Below are positions 25,993-34,756 of a stretch of 64,000 nt of DNA, one piece after another. The first letter of the stretch is position 1; the number at the start of each line of letters is the position of its first letter. Made by a program: the position numbers and the translations under genes. The stretch lies in contig JAHDYJ010000001.1 in the NCBI GenBank assembly GCA_023383795.1, positions 31,266-95,265 on the forward strand, in the 5' to 3' direction. Source of the stretch: Burkholderiales bacterium. Its GTDB lineage: Bacteria > Pseudomonadota > Gammaproteobacteria > Burkholderiales > SG8-39. The notes under the pieces are model-generated. The model saw only the letters and a program-made list of their open reading frames with translations, did no database searches and was not told the DNA's origin.

Positions 25993-27918
25993 GTGTGCGG
26001 CATCCACGGCATCTTCGATTTCACCGGCGCGCTGGTCGACACCCGACTCCTCGGCGCGATGGGACGGATCACCGCCCACCGCGGTCCCGACGACGAGGGC
26101 CACCACGCCGACGGCAACTGCGCGATCGGCATGCGGCGCCTGTCGATCATCGACCTCGCGGGCGGCCACCAGCCGATCGGCAGCGCCGACGGAACCCTCT
26201 GGGTCGTGTGCAACGGCGAGATCTACAACTTCCGCGAACTGCGCCGCGAGCTCGAGGCGCAGGGGCATCGCTTCAAGACCGAGTCCGACACCGAAGTGCT
26301 CGTCCACGCGTACGCAGAGCACGGCGAGGGCTTCGTGTCGCGGCTGAACGGGATGTTCGCCTTCGCGCTGTGGGACGCGCGCAAGCGCCGGCTCCTCATC
26401 GGCCGCGACCGCTTGGGCATCAAGCCGCTCTACTACCTGAACGACGGCCGGCGGCTCGCCTTCGCCTCCGAGGCGAAGGCGCTGCTCGAGCTGCCCGGCG
26501 TCAGGCCGGAGGTCGAGCCGGCCGCGCTGCGCGCCTACCTCGAGCTCGGCTACGTGCCCGCGCCGCTCTCGATCTTCCGCGGCATCGCCAAGCTCCCGAT
26601 CGGCTCCCTGATCAGCGTCGCGCGGGACGGTGTCGAGATCCGCGCCTACTGGTCGCCGCCGGTGGAGGTCGACCCCGCACCCTCGGTCGAAGACTGGACG
26701 CGGCGCGTCCGTGCGCGCATGGAAGAGTCGGTGCGCATGCAGATGGTGAGCGACGTGCCGATCGGAGCGTTCCTCTCCGGCGGCATCGACTCGAGCACAG
26801 TGCTCGCGTTCATGGCGCGGCACAGCGGCGCGCCGGTGCGCACGTACTCGATCGGCTTCGACGGCGGCGCCGCCGACCAGTACTACAACGAGCTCCCGTA
26901 CGCGCGCCAGGTGGCCGAGCGGTTCGGCTCCGATCACCACGAGATCCTGGTGCGCCCCGACGTCGTCGGGCTGCTGCCGAAGCTCCTGTGGCACATGGAC
27001 GAGCCGATCGCGGACAGCGCGTTCGTCACCACGTACCTCGTGGCGGAGTTCGCGCGCCGCGAGGTGACCGTGATCCTCTCCGGCGTCGGCGGCGACGAGC
27101 TCTTCGGCGGCTACCGGCGCTACCTCGGCGAGCAGTACATGAAGTACTTCGGGCTGCTGCCCGCCCCGCTGCGGCGCGCGGCCGTCGCGCTCGCCGGACG
27201 GCTCCCGAGCGACCGCCACTCGAAGCTCCTCAACCTCTCGCGCTACGCCAAGCACTTCCTCGGCGCGGCGGAGCTGCCCTTCGAGGAGCGCTACCGCGCG
27301 TACGTGGGGGTGTTCGGCCAGGAAGAGGCGCACGAGCTGCTCGCAGCGGCGTCGGAGCAGCGCGTCGACGCGCTCGGGGCGGCCTTCGCGGCCGCGACGG
27401 GGAGCGACGCGATCGCTCGCATGTTCGCGGTCGACGCCCGCACCCAGCTCCCCGACGACCTGCTGCTCCTCACCGACAAGATGACGATGGCGACCTCGCT
27501 CGAGTGCCGGGTGCCGCTCCTCGACCACGAGCTCGTGGAGCTCGCGGCGCGCATCCCGGGCGGCGTGAAGGTTGCGGGCGGCGAGCTGAAGCACCTCATG
27601 AAGAAGGCGCTCGACGGAGTGCTTCCGCCTGAGATCCTGAACCGCGCGAAGCGCGGCTTCGGCGCGCCGATGGGCGCCTGGCTCAAGTCCGAGCTTCTCG
27701 AGCTGCTCGAGTCCGCGCTCTCGCGCGAGAGCGTCGAGTCGCGCGGGTTCCTGCGCCACGCGCCGATCCGGCGGTTGATCGACGATCATCGCGCGAACCG
27801 CGTCGACGGCACCGATCGCCTGCTCGCGCTGCTCAACTTCGAGATCTGGTGCCGCGTGTACCTCGACGGCCGCGCCTCGCAGGACGTCGCCGGCGAGCTC
27901 AGGGAGGCGGTGGCGTGA
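25993..27918 (+). CDS. Asparagine synthase-family amidotransferase (second canonical copy)
   Basis: GTG start followed by CGIHGIF, HRGPDDEG, RLSIIDL, NGEIYNF, and the PP-loop GAFLSGGIDSSTVLAFM. Confidence 0.92.
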   Translation: MCGIHGIFDFTGALVDTRLLGAMGRITAHRGPDDEGHHADGNCAIGMRRLSIIDLAGGHQPIGSADGTLWVVCNGEIYNFRELRRELEAQGHRFKTESDTEVLVHAYAEHGEGFVSRLNGMFAFALWDARKRRLLIGRDRLGIKPLYYLNDGRRLAFASEAKALLELPGVRPEVEPAALRAYLELGYVPAPLSIFRGIAKLPIGSLISVARDGVEIRAYWSPPVEVDPAPSVEDWTRRVRARMEESVRMQMVSDVPIGAFLSGGIDSSTVLAFMARHSGAPVRTYSIGFDGGAADQYYNELPYARQVAERFGSDHHEILVRPDVVGLLPKLLWHMDEPIADSAFVTTYLVAEFARREVTVILSGVGGDELFGGYRRYLGEQYMKYFGLLPAPLRRAAVALAGRLPSDRHSKLLNLSRYAKHFLGAAELPFEERYRAYVGVFGQEEAHELLAAASEQRVDALGAAFAAATGSDAIARMFAVDARTQLPDDLLLLTDKMTMATSLECRVPLLDHELVELAARIPGGVKVAGGELKHLMKKALDGVLPPEILNRAKRGFGAPMGAWLKSELLELLESALSRESVESRGFLRHAPIRRLIDDHRANRVDGTDRLLALLNFEIWCRVYLDGRASQDVAGELREAVA

Positions 27919-29153
27919 GGATCCTCTACGTCTGCCACCGCTTTCCGTATCCGCCGAAGCGCGGCGGGAAGATCCGGCCGTTCAACATGATCCGACACCT
28001 CGCGTCATCGCACGAGGTGACGGTGGCCTCCCTCGCGCGCTCGCGCGAAGAGGCGGCGGAGGCGGCCGGCATCGCGCCCTTCTGCGCCGGCTACCATGTG
28101 GCCACGGTGCGCTCGCCGGTCCAGTGGGCGCGGATGCTCGCGACCCTGCCCACGCCGATCACCGCCTCGGCGTCGTACTTCCACTCGGCCGAGCTGGCGC
28201 GGACGATCCGGCGCCTGCTCCGCGAGCGGCGGTTCGACCTCGTCTTCGTCCACTGCTCGTCGGTCGCGCACTACGTGGCGGATGTTCGCGACGTTCCGAA
28301 GATCCTCGACTTCGGCGACATGGACTCGCAGAAGTGGCTCGAGTACGCGCGCTACAGGCCGTTTCCCCTGAGCCTCGGCTACCGGTGGGAGGGCATGAAG
28401 CTCCTCGCCGAGGAGAAGCGCCTTGCGCGCCGGTTCGACCTCTGCACCGCAACCACGCGCGCAGAATGGGAGACGTTGGAAGGCTACCGGACCGGCGCCG
28501 CGACCGACTGGTTCCCGAACGGCGTCGACAGCGCCTATTTCGCGCCCGCCGCCGAGCCGTACGAGCCCGACACGATCTCGTTCGTCGGGCGGATGGACTA
28601 CTACCCGAACCAGGAGTGCATGTTCGACTTCTGCCGCAACACGCTTCCACTGCTGCGCGCACGGCGGCCGCACCTGCAGCTCCTGATCGTCGGCGCCGAT
28701 CCCTCGCCCGCGGTCCGCCGGCTCGGCGAGCTCCCCGGCGTGACCGTCACGGGCTCGGTGCCCGACGTGCGCCCGTATCTGGCTCGCTCGGCGCTCACGG
28801 TAGCGCCGCTCAACATCGCCCGCGGCACGCAGAACAAGATCCTCGAGGCGATGGCTGCGGGCGTCCCAGTCGTCACGAGCCGCGTCGCGGCGGGCGGCGT
28901 CGACGCCGCGGACGGGGAGCATTTCCTGGTCGCGGGAACGCCGGCCGAGTACCGCGACGCGATCTTGCGCATACTCGAGGATCCGGGCGAGCGCCGGCGC
29001 CTCTCGCAGGCCAGCCGGGCGCGCATGCTCTCGCATCACGCCTGGGAGAAGTCCATGCAGCGGCTCGACCGGATCGTCGAGCGCACCCTATCAACGCATC
29101 GTCCGGCGGCGGGCGCGCATGCGCAGAGCGCCGTGGACGTCACGAGGGCATAG
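27915..29153 (+). CDS. GT4 glycosyltransferase (PEP-CTERM/EpsH1 system-associated sugar transferase type)
   Basis: GTG 27915 overlaps the upstream TGA (GTGA). RILYVCHRFPYPPKRGGKIRPFNMIRHL N-terminus and GTQNKILEAMAAGVPVVTSRVAAGGVDA. Confidence 0.88.
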   Translation: MRILYVCHRFPYPPKRGGKIRPFNMIRHLASSHEVTVASLARSREEAAEAAGIAPFCAGYHVATVRSPVQWARMLATLPTPITASASYFHSAELARTIRRLLRERRFDLVFVHCSSVAHYVADVRDVPKILDFGDMDSQKWLEYARYRPFPLSLGYRWEGMKLLAEEKRLARRFDLCTATTRAEWETLEGYRTGAATDWFPNGVDSAYFAPAAEPYEPDTISFVGRMDYYPNQECMFDFCRNTLPLLRARRPHLQLLIVGADPSPAVRRLGELPGVTVTGSVPDVRPYLARSALTVAPLNIARGTQNKILEAMAAGVPVVTSRVAAGGVDAADGEHFLVAGTPAEYRDAILRILEDPGERRRLSQASRARMLSHHAWEKSMQRLDRIVERTLSTHRPAAGAHAQSAVDVTRA

Positions 29154-30065
29154 GTGGCACAACAGCAGGTCGGAACGGAAGACACACCGGTGGCGGCCGC
29201 GCCATGGCCGGTGATGGTGCTCGCGCACAACGAGGAGCGGCACATCGCCGCGTGCCTGGACAGCATCTTCGACAGTGAGCCCGGGCGGGCGTTCGACGTT
29301 TTCGTCATGGCGAACGGCTGCACCGACCGCACCGAGGAGATCGTGCGGCAGTATGGCGCGCGCCGCCCCGCCGTCCATGTCATCTCGATCGCGCTCGGCG
29401 ACAAGTGCAACGCGTGGAACGTCTTCATCCACGAGACGGTGCCTGCGCAGGCGCCCGGCCGGCCGGTCTATTTCTTCATGGACGGCGACGCGCGCGCCGT
29501 GCCGGGCTCGTTCAGCGCCATGGCGCGCGCACTCGAGAGCGATCCGCGCGCGCACGCGGCCTCCGCCGTGCCGATGAGCGGGCGCAGCGGCGAGGCCGAC
29601 CGGCGCGAGATCCTCGAGAAGCGCGGCCTCGTCGCGAATCTCTACTCGCTGCGCGGAAGCTTCGTCGAGCGCCTCCGCGAGACGGGGGTGCGCATCCCGC
29701 TCAAGCTCGAGGGCGACGACGGCCTGATCGGCGCGCTCATCAAGTGGGATCTGGACCCGAAGCGCAACAAGTTCGACGATACCCGGATCGTGCCCTGCGC
29801 CGACGCCGGGTTCGTCTTCGAGTCGATGTCGCCTTCGCGCCCTGCGGACTGGCGCGGCTACTGGAAGCGCGCGGTCCGCTACGGCCGCCGTCGATTCGAG
29901 TTCCAGCTCCTCGGGCGAAGCCTCAAGACGAACGGTCTGGCCGGGCTGCCGCGCGACATCACCGAGCTATATAAGGACGCGGACTCGCTCTCGGTCCGCT
30001 GGAACGGGCTGTACACCTTGCCCGACTGGTTCGCGCTTGCCGCCATGCGTAGGCACCGCAGATAG
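29154..30065 (+). CDS. GT2-like (GT-A fold) glycosyltransferase
   Basis: VMVLAHNEERHIAACLDSI, VFVMANGCTDRTEEIV and a DGD motif (FFMDGDARAV). GTG 29154 directly abuts the upstream TAG. The start is uncertain. Confidence 0.75.
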   Translation: MAQQQVGTEDTPVAAAPWPVMVLAHNEERHIAACLDSIFDSEPGRAFDVFVMANGCTDRTEEIVRQYGARRPAVHVISIALGDKCNAWNVFIHETVPAQAPGRPVYFFMDGDARAVPGSFSAMARALESDPRAHAASAVPMSGRSGEADRREILEKRGLVANLYSLRGSFVERLRETGVRIPLKLEGDDGLIGALIKWDLDPKRNKFDDTRIVPCADAGFVFESMSPSRPADWRGYWKRAVRYGRRRFEFQLLGRSLKTNGLAGLPRDITELYKDADSLSVRWNGLYTLPDWFALAAMRRHRR

Positions 30066-30075
30066 ACTGGAAGCC

Positions 30076-30846
30076 ATGGTATCGGCAGTTTCCAAGCTGA
30101 CAGCGATCCTTACGCATACGCGGAATCCGATCCCGCTGCTGTTGGACTACGCTGGCGTACAGCGAAGCCCCTATCGAGTCTCCAGCCGTTCGGTGGTTCT
30201 GGAGCTGAGGCCCGGAATGGGGGACCGCTACGGATTCTACGAGGTGGCGATTCGAGACGACTATTTCAGCGCCGGGCAGACCATAAGCCCGGGCGACACC
30301 GTGATCGATATCGGCGCGAACGTCGGGTGCTTCGCTCTGATCGCCGCGAGGCGGGTTGGGCCGACCGGACGCGTCATTGCCGTCGAACCTGACGAGCGCA
30401 CCTTTCGGCAGCTGGAGCGGAATATCGAGCTCAATGACGCCACCAACGTCACCGCCCGATGCGTTGCAATAGGCGGATATCGAGGTTCGATCCCCTTCTT
30501 CATCCGATCAGACAGTGCGCTTTTCAATTCAATCTACTCGCATCCGCAACACGTCGCGGCCTCACGGACGGTCCCGATGATCACCTTGGCAGATCTCATG
30601 AGCGAGGAGGCAATCGACGCGTGCCGGTATCTGAAACTGGATTGCGAAGGCGCCGAGTACGACATCGTGGAGTCGCTGACCTCCGAAGTCTCCGGACGCA
30701 TTGCCCAGATCACCCTGGAGTTACACAGGATTCAGGGAAAGGATCCGGGCGTGCTTAGAAAGAAGCTACAGGATCTCGGCTTCGCGCGCGCGAGCGAGAG
30801 CGGTCTGCTGTATTACCGGCGCGACCCGCAGGGCGCGGCCGCCTGA
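30076..30846 (+). CDS. FkbM-family SAM-dependent methyltransferase
   Basis: ATG 30076 (upstream stop at 30063-30065). VIDIGANVGCFALIAARRVGPTGRVIAVEPDERTFRQLERNIELN and LKLDCEGAEYDIV are FkbM hallmarks. GC is visibly lower here: 52% and 62% in two hand-counted 60-nt rows. Confidence 0.88.
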   Translation: MVSAVSKLTAILTHTRNPIPLLLDYAGVQRSPYRVSSRSVVLELRPGMGDRYGFYEVAIRDDYFSAGQTISPGDTVIDIGANVGCFALIAARRVGPTGRVIAVEPDERTFRQLERNIELNDATNVTARCVAIGGYRGSIPFFIRSDSALFNSIYSHPQHVAASRTVPMITLADLMSEEAIDACRYLKLDCEGAEYDIVESLTSEVSGRIAQITLELHRIQGKDPGVLRKKLQDLGFARASESGLLYYRRDPQGAAA

Positions 30847-30898
30847 CGCAGCGAATGACGACAACCGTCCGGCGCAGACCGGCCATGAGACCAGCCCC

Positions 30899-32215
30899 AT
30901 GAACATCAGCATCTTCGGCCTCGGATACGTCGGCGCAGTGTCGCTTGCGTGCCTCGCGCGCGACGGTCATCGCGTGGTCGGCGTGGACATCGACCAGGCC
31001 AAGCTCGACCTGATCGCCTCCGGCAAGACGCCGGTGGTCGAGGAAGGCATGGTGGAGCTCATGGCCGAGACGGCCGGGAGCGGGCGGGTCTCGGTCACCC
31101 GCGACGTGACCGAAGCGGTGCACGCGACCGATCTCTCGCTCGTCTGCGTCGGTACGCCCTCGGCGGCGAACGGCAGCCAGGATCAGGGCGCGATCGTCCG
31201 GCTCGCGCACGACATGGGTGCGGCGCTGCGCACCAAGCGCGACGGCCACGTCGTCGTGTTTCGCTCCACCCTCGTCCCGGGGACGGTCGAGGAGACTCTG
31301 CGCCCGATCCTCGAGCGCGAGTCCGGGAAGCGCGACGGCGTGGGCTTCCACGCCTGCTTCCAGCCCGAGTTCCTGCGCGAGGGCTCGTCGATCCGCGACT
31401 ACGACAAACCGCCCTTCACCGTGGTAGGCGCCGCCGCCGAGGCGCCGGTGGCCGCACTGAAGGCGCTCTTCGGGCATCTGCCCTGCGAGTTCCACGCCAC
31501 GTCGATCCGCGCGGCGGAGATGCTCAAGTACTGCTGCAACAACTTCCACGCGCTCAAGATCGCGTTCGCGAACGAGACTGCGCGGCTGTGCGAGGCGCTC
31601 GGCGTCGACCCGTTCGAGGTCATGGAGCTGGTCTGCCGCGACACCCAGCTCAACATCTCGCGAGCCTACCTCAGGCCCGGCTTCGCATTCGGCGGCTCGT
31701 GCCTGCCGAAGGACCTGCGCGCGACGATCTACCTGGCGAAGATGCGCGACGTCGAGCTGCCGATGCTCGGCGGCATCCTGCCTTCCAACCGCACGCACAT
31801 CGAGCGCGCGATCGCAAAGGTGCTCGAGTCCGGGCGCAAGCGAATCGGCATGATCGGGCTCTCGTTCAAGTCGGGCACCGACGACCTGCGCGAAAGCCCG
31901 CTCGTGACGCTGGCCGAGCAACTCATCGGCAAAGGGCTGCAGCTCCTGGTCTACGACCCCGAGGTCCAGCTTTCGCGGCTGCTCGGTGCCAACCGGCGGT
32001 TCATCGAGCAGCACGTGCCGCACATCGGCTCGCTCATGTGCGACGACCTCCAGGACGTGATCGGCGAGTCCGATCTCCTCGTCGTCGGGATGAACGATGC
32101 GCACACCGTCCGGATGCTCAAAGAGCGCGTGCAGGCCAACCAGATCGTGCTCGACCTCGTGAACATCGGGCGCCGCGACGACCTGCGCGGGAGGTACATC
32201 GGGCTGTGCTGGTGA
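30899..32215 (+). CDS. algD: GDP-mannose 6-dehydrogenase (AlgD-like)
   Basis: MNISIFGLGYVGAVSLACLA...VCVGTPS...FQPEFLREGSSIRDY...GFAFGGSCLPKD...GLSFKSGTDDLRESP...GLCW. It is collinear with my recollection of P. aeruginosa AlgD, down to the ..G(I/L)CW terminus. The catalytic Cys motif is present. Confidence 0.88.
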   Translation: MNISIFGLGYVGAVSLACLARDGHRVVGVDIDQAKLDLIASGKTPVVEEGMVELMAETAGSGRVSVTRDVTEAVHATDLSLVCVGTPSAANGSQDQGAIVRLAHDMGAALRTKRDGHVVVFRSTLVPGTVEETLRPILERESGKRDGVGFHACFQPEFLREGSSIRDYDKPPFTVVGAAAEAPVAALKALFGHLPCEFHATSIRAAEMLKYCCNNFHALKIAFANETARLCEALGVDPFEVMELVCRDTQLNISRAYLRPGFAFGGSCLPKDLRATIYLAKMRDVELPMLGGILPSNRTHIERAIAKVLESGRKRIGMIGLSFKSGTDDLRESPLVTLAEQLIGKGLQLLVYDPEVQLSRLLGANRRFIEQHVPHIGSLMCDDLQDVIGESDLLVVGMNDAHTVRMLKERVQANQIVLDLVNIGRRDDLRGRYIGLCW

Positions 32216-33372
32216 GCGCAGAGCGTCCGTCGCGCGCCCCGGCGCCGGAGCGCGCGGCCGAGCGCATCGTCTCGGTCGGGCTGGTCGGGCCGCTGCCGCC
32301 GCCCGCGGGCGGCATGGCGAACCAGACGCGCCAGCTCGCGCGCCTTCTCGCCGAGGGCGGGCTTCGGGTCGAGCTCGTCCAGGTGAACGCGCCCTACGCC
32401 CCGGCGTGGATCGCGCGCGTGCGCGGGATTCGCGCGCTTTTTCGGCTCGTCCCGTATCTCGTCCGGCTCTGGCGCTGCGCCGGGCGGGTCGATCTCTTCC
32501 ACGTCATGGCGAACTCGGGCTGGGCCTGGCATCTCTTCGCCGCCCCGGCGGTGTGGATCGCACGCCTGCGCGCCAAGCCCGCGCTCGTCAACTACCGGGG
32601 CGGCGGCGCCGAGGCGTTCCTCGCCCGGCAGGCGCGCTGGGTCAAGCCGACGCTCGATCGCGCAGCGTCGCTCGTCGTGCCGTCCGGGTTCCTGCAGGCT
32701 GTGTTCGCGGCGCACGGCATCCGCGCCGAGATCGTGCCGAACATCGTCGACCTCGCGCGGTTCCGGCCCGGACCGCCGCGCGCGCCGGTGCCGCACCTGA
32801 TCGTGACGCGCAACCTCGAGGAGATCTACGACAACGCGAGCGCGGTCCGCGCGCTCGCCCGGATCCGCGCGCGCCATCCGAACGCGCGCCTCACGCTCGC
32901 CGGGAGCGGCCCCTGCCGCGCCGCGCTCGAGCGGCTCTGCGCGGAACTCGGCGTCGCCGACGCCGTGCGCTTCGCCGGGCAGCTCGACAACGAGCGGATC
33001 GCGGAGCTGTACGCGACGGCGGACCTGCTGCTCAACCCCTCGCGGGTCGACAACATGCCGATCTCGCTGCTCGAGGCGATGGCGAGCGGCGTGCCGATCG
33101 TGAGCACGAACGTGGGCGGCGTGCCCTACGTGGTGCAGGACGGCGTCAGCGCCCTGCTCGTGCCGCCGGGGGACGCGGACGCGCTCGCGCAGGCCGCGCT
33201 GCGCGTGCTCGAGGAGCCGGAGCTCGCGGCGCGCCTGCGCACCGCGGGGCTCGACGCCGTGCAAGCCCACGCATGGGCGCGGGTGCGGCCGCGCCTGCTC
33301 GACGTCTACATGGCGTGCCTGGGCCGCGACGGCGCACCGGCCGAGCGCGGCGTCGCCCCCTCGGGGAAGTGA
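32212..33372 (+). CDS. GT4 glycosyltransferase
   Basis: GTG 32212 overlaps the algD-like TGA (GTGA). IVSVGLVGPLPPPAGGMANQTRQLARLL N-terminus and DNMPISLLEAMASGVPIVSTNVGGVPYVVQDGVSALLV. Confidence 0.85.
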   Translation: MSAERPSRAPAPERAAERIVSVGLVGPLPPPAGGMANQTRQLARLLAEGGLRVELVQVNAPYAPAWIARVRGIRALFRLVPYLVRLWRCAGRVDLFHVMANSGWAWHLFAAPAVWIARLRAKPALVNYRGGGAEAFLARQARWVKPTLDRAASLVVPSGFLQAVFAAHGIRAEIVPNIVDLARFRPGPPRAPVPHLIVTRNLEEIYDNASAVRALARIRARHPNARLTLAGSGPCRAALERLCAELGVADAVRFAGQLDNERIAELYATADLLLNPSRVDNMPISLLEAMASGVPIVSTNVGGVPYVVQDGVSALLVPPGDADALAQAALRVLEEPELAARLRTAGLDAVQAHAWARVRPRLLDVYMACLGRDGAPAERGVAPSGK

Positions 33373-33384
33373 GAGGCGCCGCGC

Positions 33385-34740
33385 ATGCCCGGCCCGTACA
33401 CGCGTCTCGTCTCCGGCGTCCTCTTTCCGCTCCACGAGCGGGCCAAGGGCCACGACAGCGCGCGCCGGCTGCGGGCGCTCGAATCGAGCCAGTGGCTGGC
33501 GCCCGATGCGATCCGGGCGCTCCAGGCGCAGCGCCTGCGCGAGTTCCTGGTGGAGATCGGCGCCGAGGTGCCGTACTACGGGCAGCTCTTCGCGCAGGCG
33601 AAGTTCGATCCCGCGTCGGTGCGCACCCGGGCCGATCTCGAGCGGCTGCCGTTCCTGACCAAGCCGCTGATCCGTGCGAACGCCGAGGCGCTCAAGGCAC
33701 GCGATGCCGAACGCCTGAAGCGCTACAACACCGGCGGCTCCTCGGGCGAGCCGCTCGTCTTCTACATCGGCCGCGATCGGGTCAGCCACGACGTGGCGGC
33801 GAAGTGGCGCGCGACCCGCTGGTGGGGCGTGGACATCGGCGATCCCGAGATCGTGGTCTGGGGCAGTCCGATCGAGCTCGGCGCCCAGGATCGGCTGCGC
33901 TCGCTGCGCGACCGGCTGCTTCGCACGCGGCTGCTGCCGGCGTTCGAGATGTCGGAAGCGAACCTCGACGCGTTCGTCGCCGCGATCCGCGCGGCGCGCC
34001 CGGCGATGCTCTTCGGCTATCCCTCGTCGCTCGCGCTCATCGCCCGGCACGCCGAGCGGCGGGCGGTGAGGATGGACGACCTCGGCGTGAAGGTCGCGTT
34101 CGTGACCGCCGAGAAGCTCTACGACGACCAGCGCGAGACGATCGCGCGGGTCTTCGGCTGCCGGATCGCCAACGGCTACGGCGGGCGCGACGCCGGCTTC
34201 GTCGCGCACGAGTGCCCGAGCCGCAACATGCACATCACCGCCGAGGACATCGTCGTCGAGACCGTGCGGCCGGACGGCTCGCGCACGGCCTCGGGCGAGG
34301 CGGGCGAGATCGTCGTGACCCACCTCGCGACCAGGGATTTCCCGTTCGTGCGCTACCGCACGGGGGACATCGGCGTGCTGGACGACCGGCCCTGCCCCTG
34401 CGGGCGAGGTCTGCCGCTCCTCGGCGAGATCCAGGGGCGGACGACGGATTTCGTCGTCGCCGCGGACGGCACCGTGATGCACGGCCTCGCGCTGATCTAC
34501 GTGCTCCGCGACAATCCCGCGATCGAGTCCTTCAAGATCATCCAGGAGAGCATCGACGTGACGCGGGTGCTGCTCGTCCCCGGCAAGGGATATTGCGAAG
34601 ACGTCCGTGGCGCCGTCGAGAAGGGGTTGAAAGCGCGACTCGGCGAGCACGTGAAGATCGTGACCGAGCAGGTGCCGCACATCGCCGCGGAGGGTTCCGG
34701 CAAGTTCCGCTACGTCGTCAGCAACGTCGCGACGCGCTGA
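33385..34740 (+). CDS. Phenylacetate-CoA ligase-family (PaaK/CapK-like) adenylate-forming enzyme
   Basis: 451 aa. LPFLTKPLIR, the AMP-binding loop YNTGGSSGEPLVFY, NGYGGRDAG, YRTGDIG, and a terminal GKFRYV lysine motif. Confidence 0.82.
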   Translation: MPGPYTRLVSGVLFPLHERAKGHDSARRLRALESSQWLAPDAIRALQAQRLREFLVEIGAEVPYYGQLFAQAKFDPASVRTRADLERLPFLTKPLIRANAEALKARDAERLKRYNTGGSSGEPLVFYIGRDRVSHDVAAKWRATRWWGVDIGDPEIVVWGSPIELGAQDRLRSLRDRLLRTRLLPAFEMSEANLDAFVAAIRAARPAMLFGYPSSLALIARHAERRAVRMDDLGVKVAFVTAEKLYDDQRETIARVFGCRIANGYGGRDAGFVAHECPSRNMHITAEDIVVETVRPDGSRTASGEAGEIVVTHLATRDFPFVRYRTGDIGVLDDRPCPCGRGLPLLGEIQGRTTDFVVAADGTVMHGLALIYVLRDNPAIESFKIIQESIDVTRVLLVPGKGYCEDVRGAVEKGLKARLGEHVKIVTEQVPHIAAEGSGKFRYVVSNVATR

Positions 34741-34756
34741 CGAGAGCGATGCAGCG

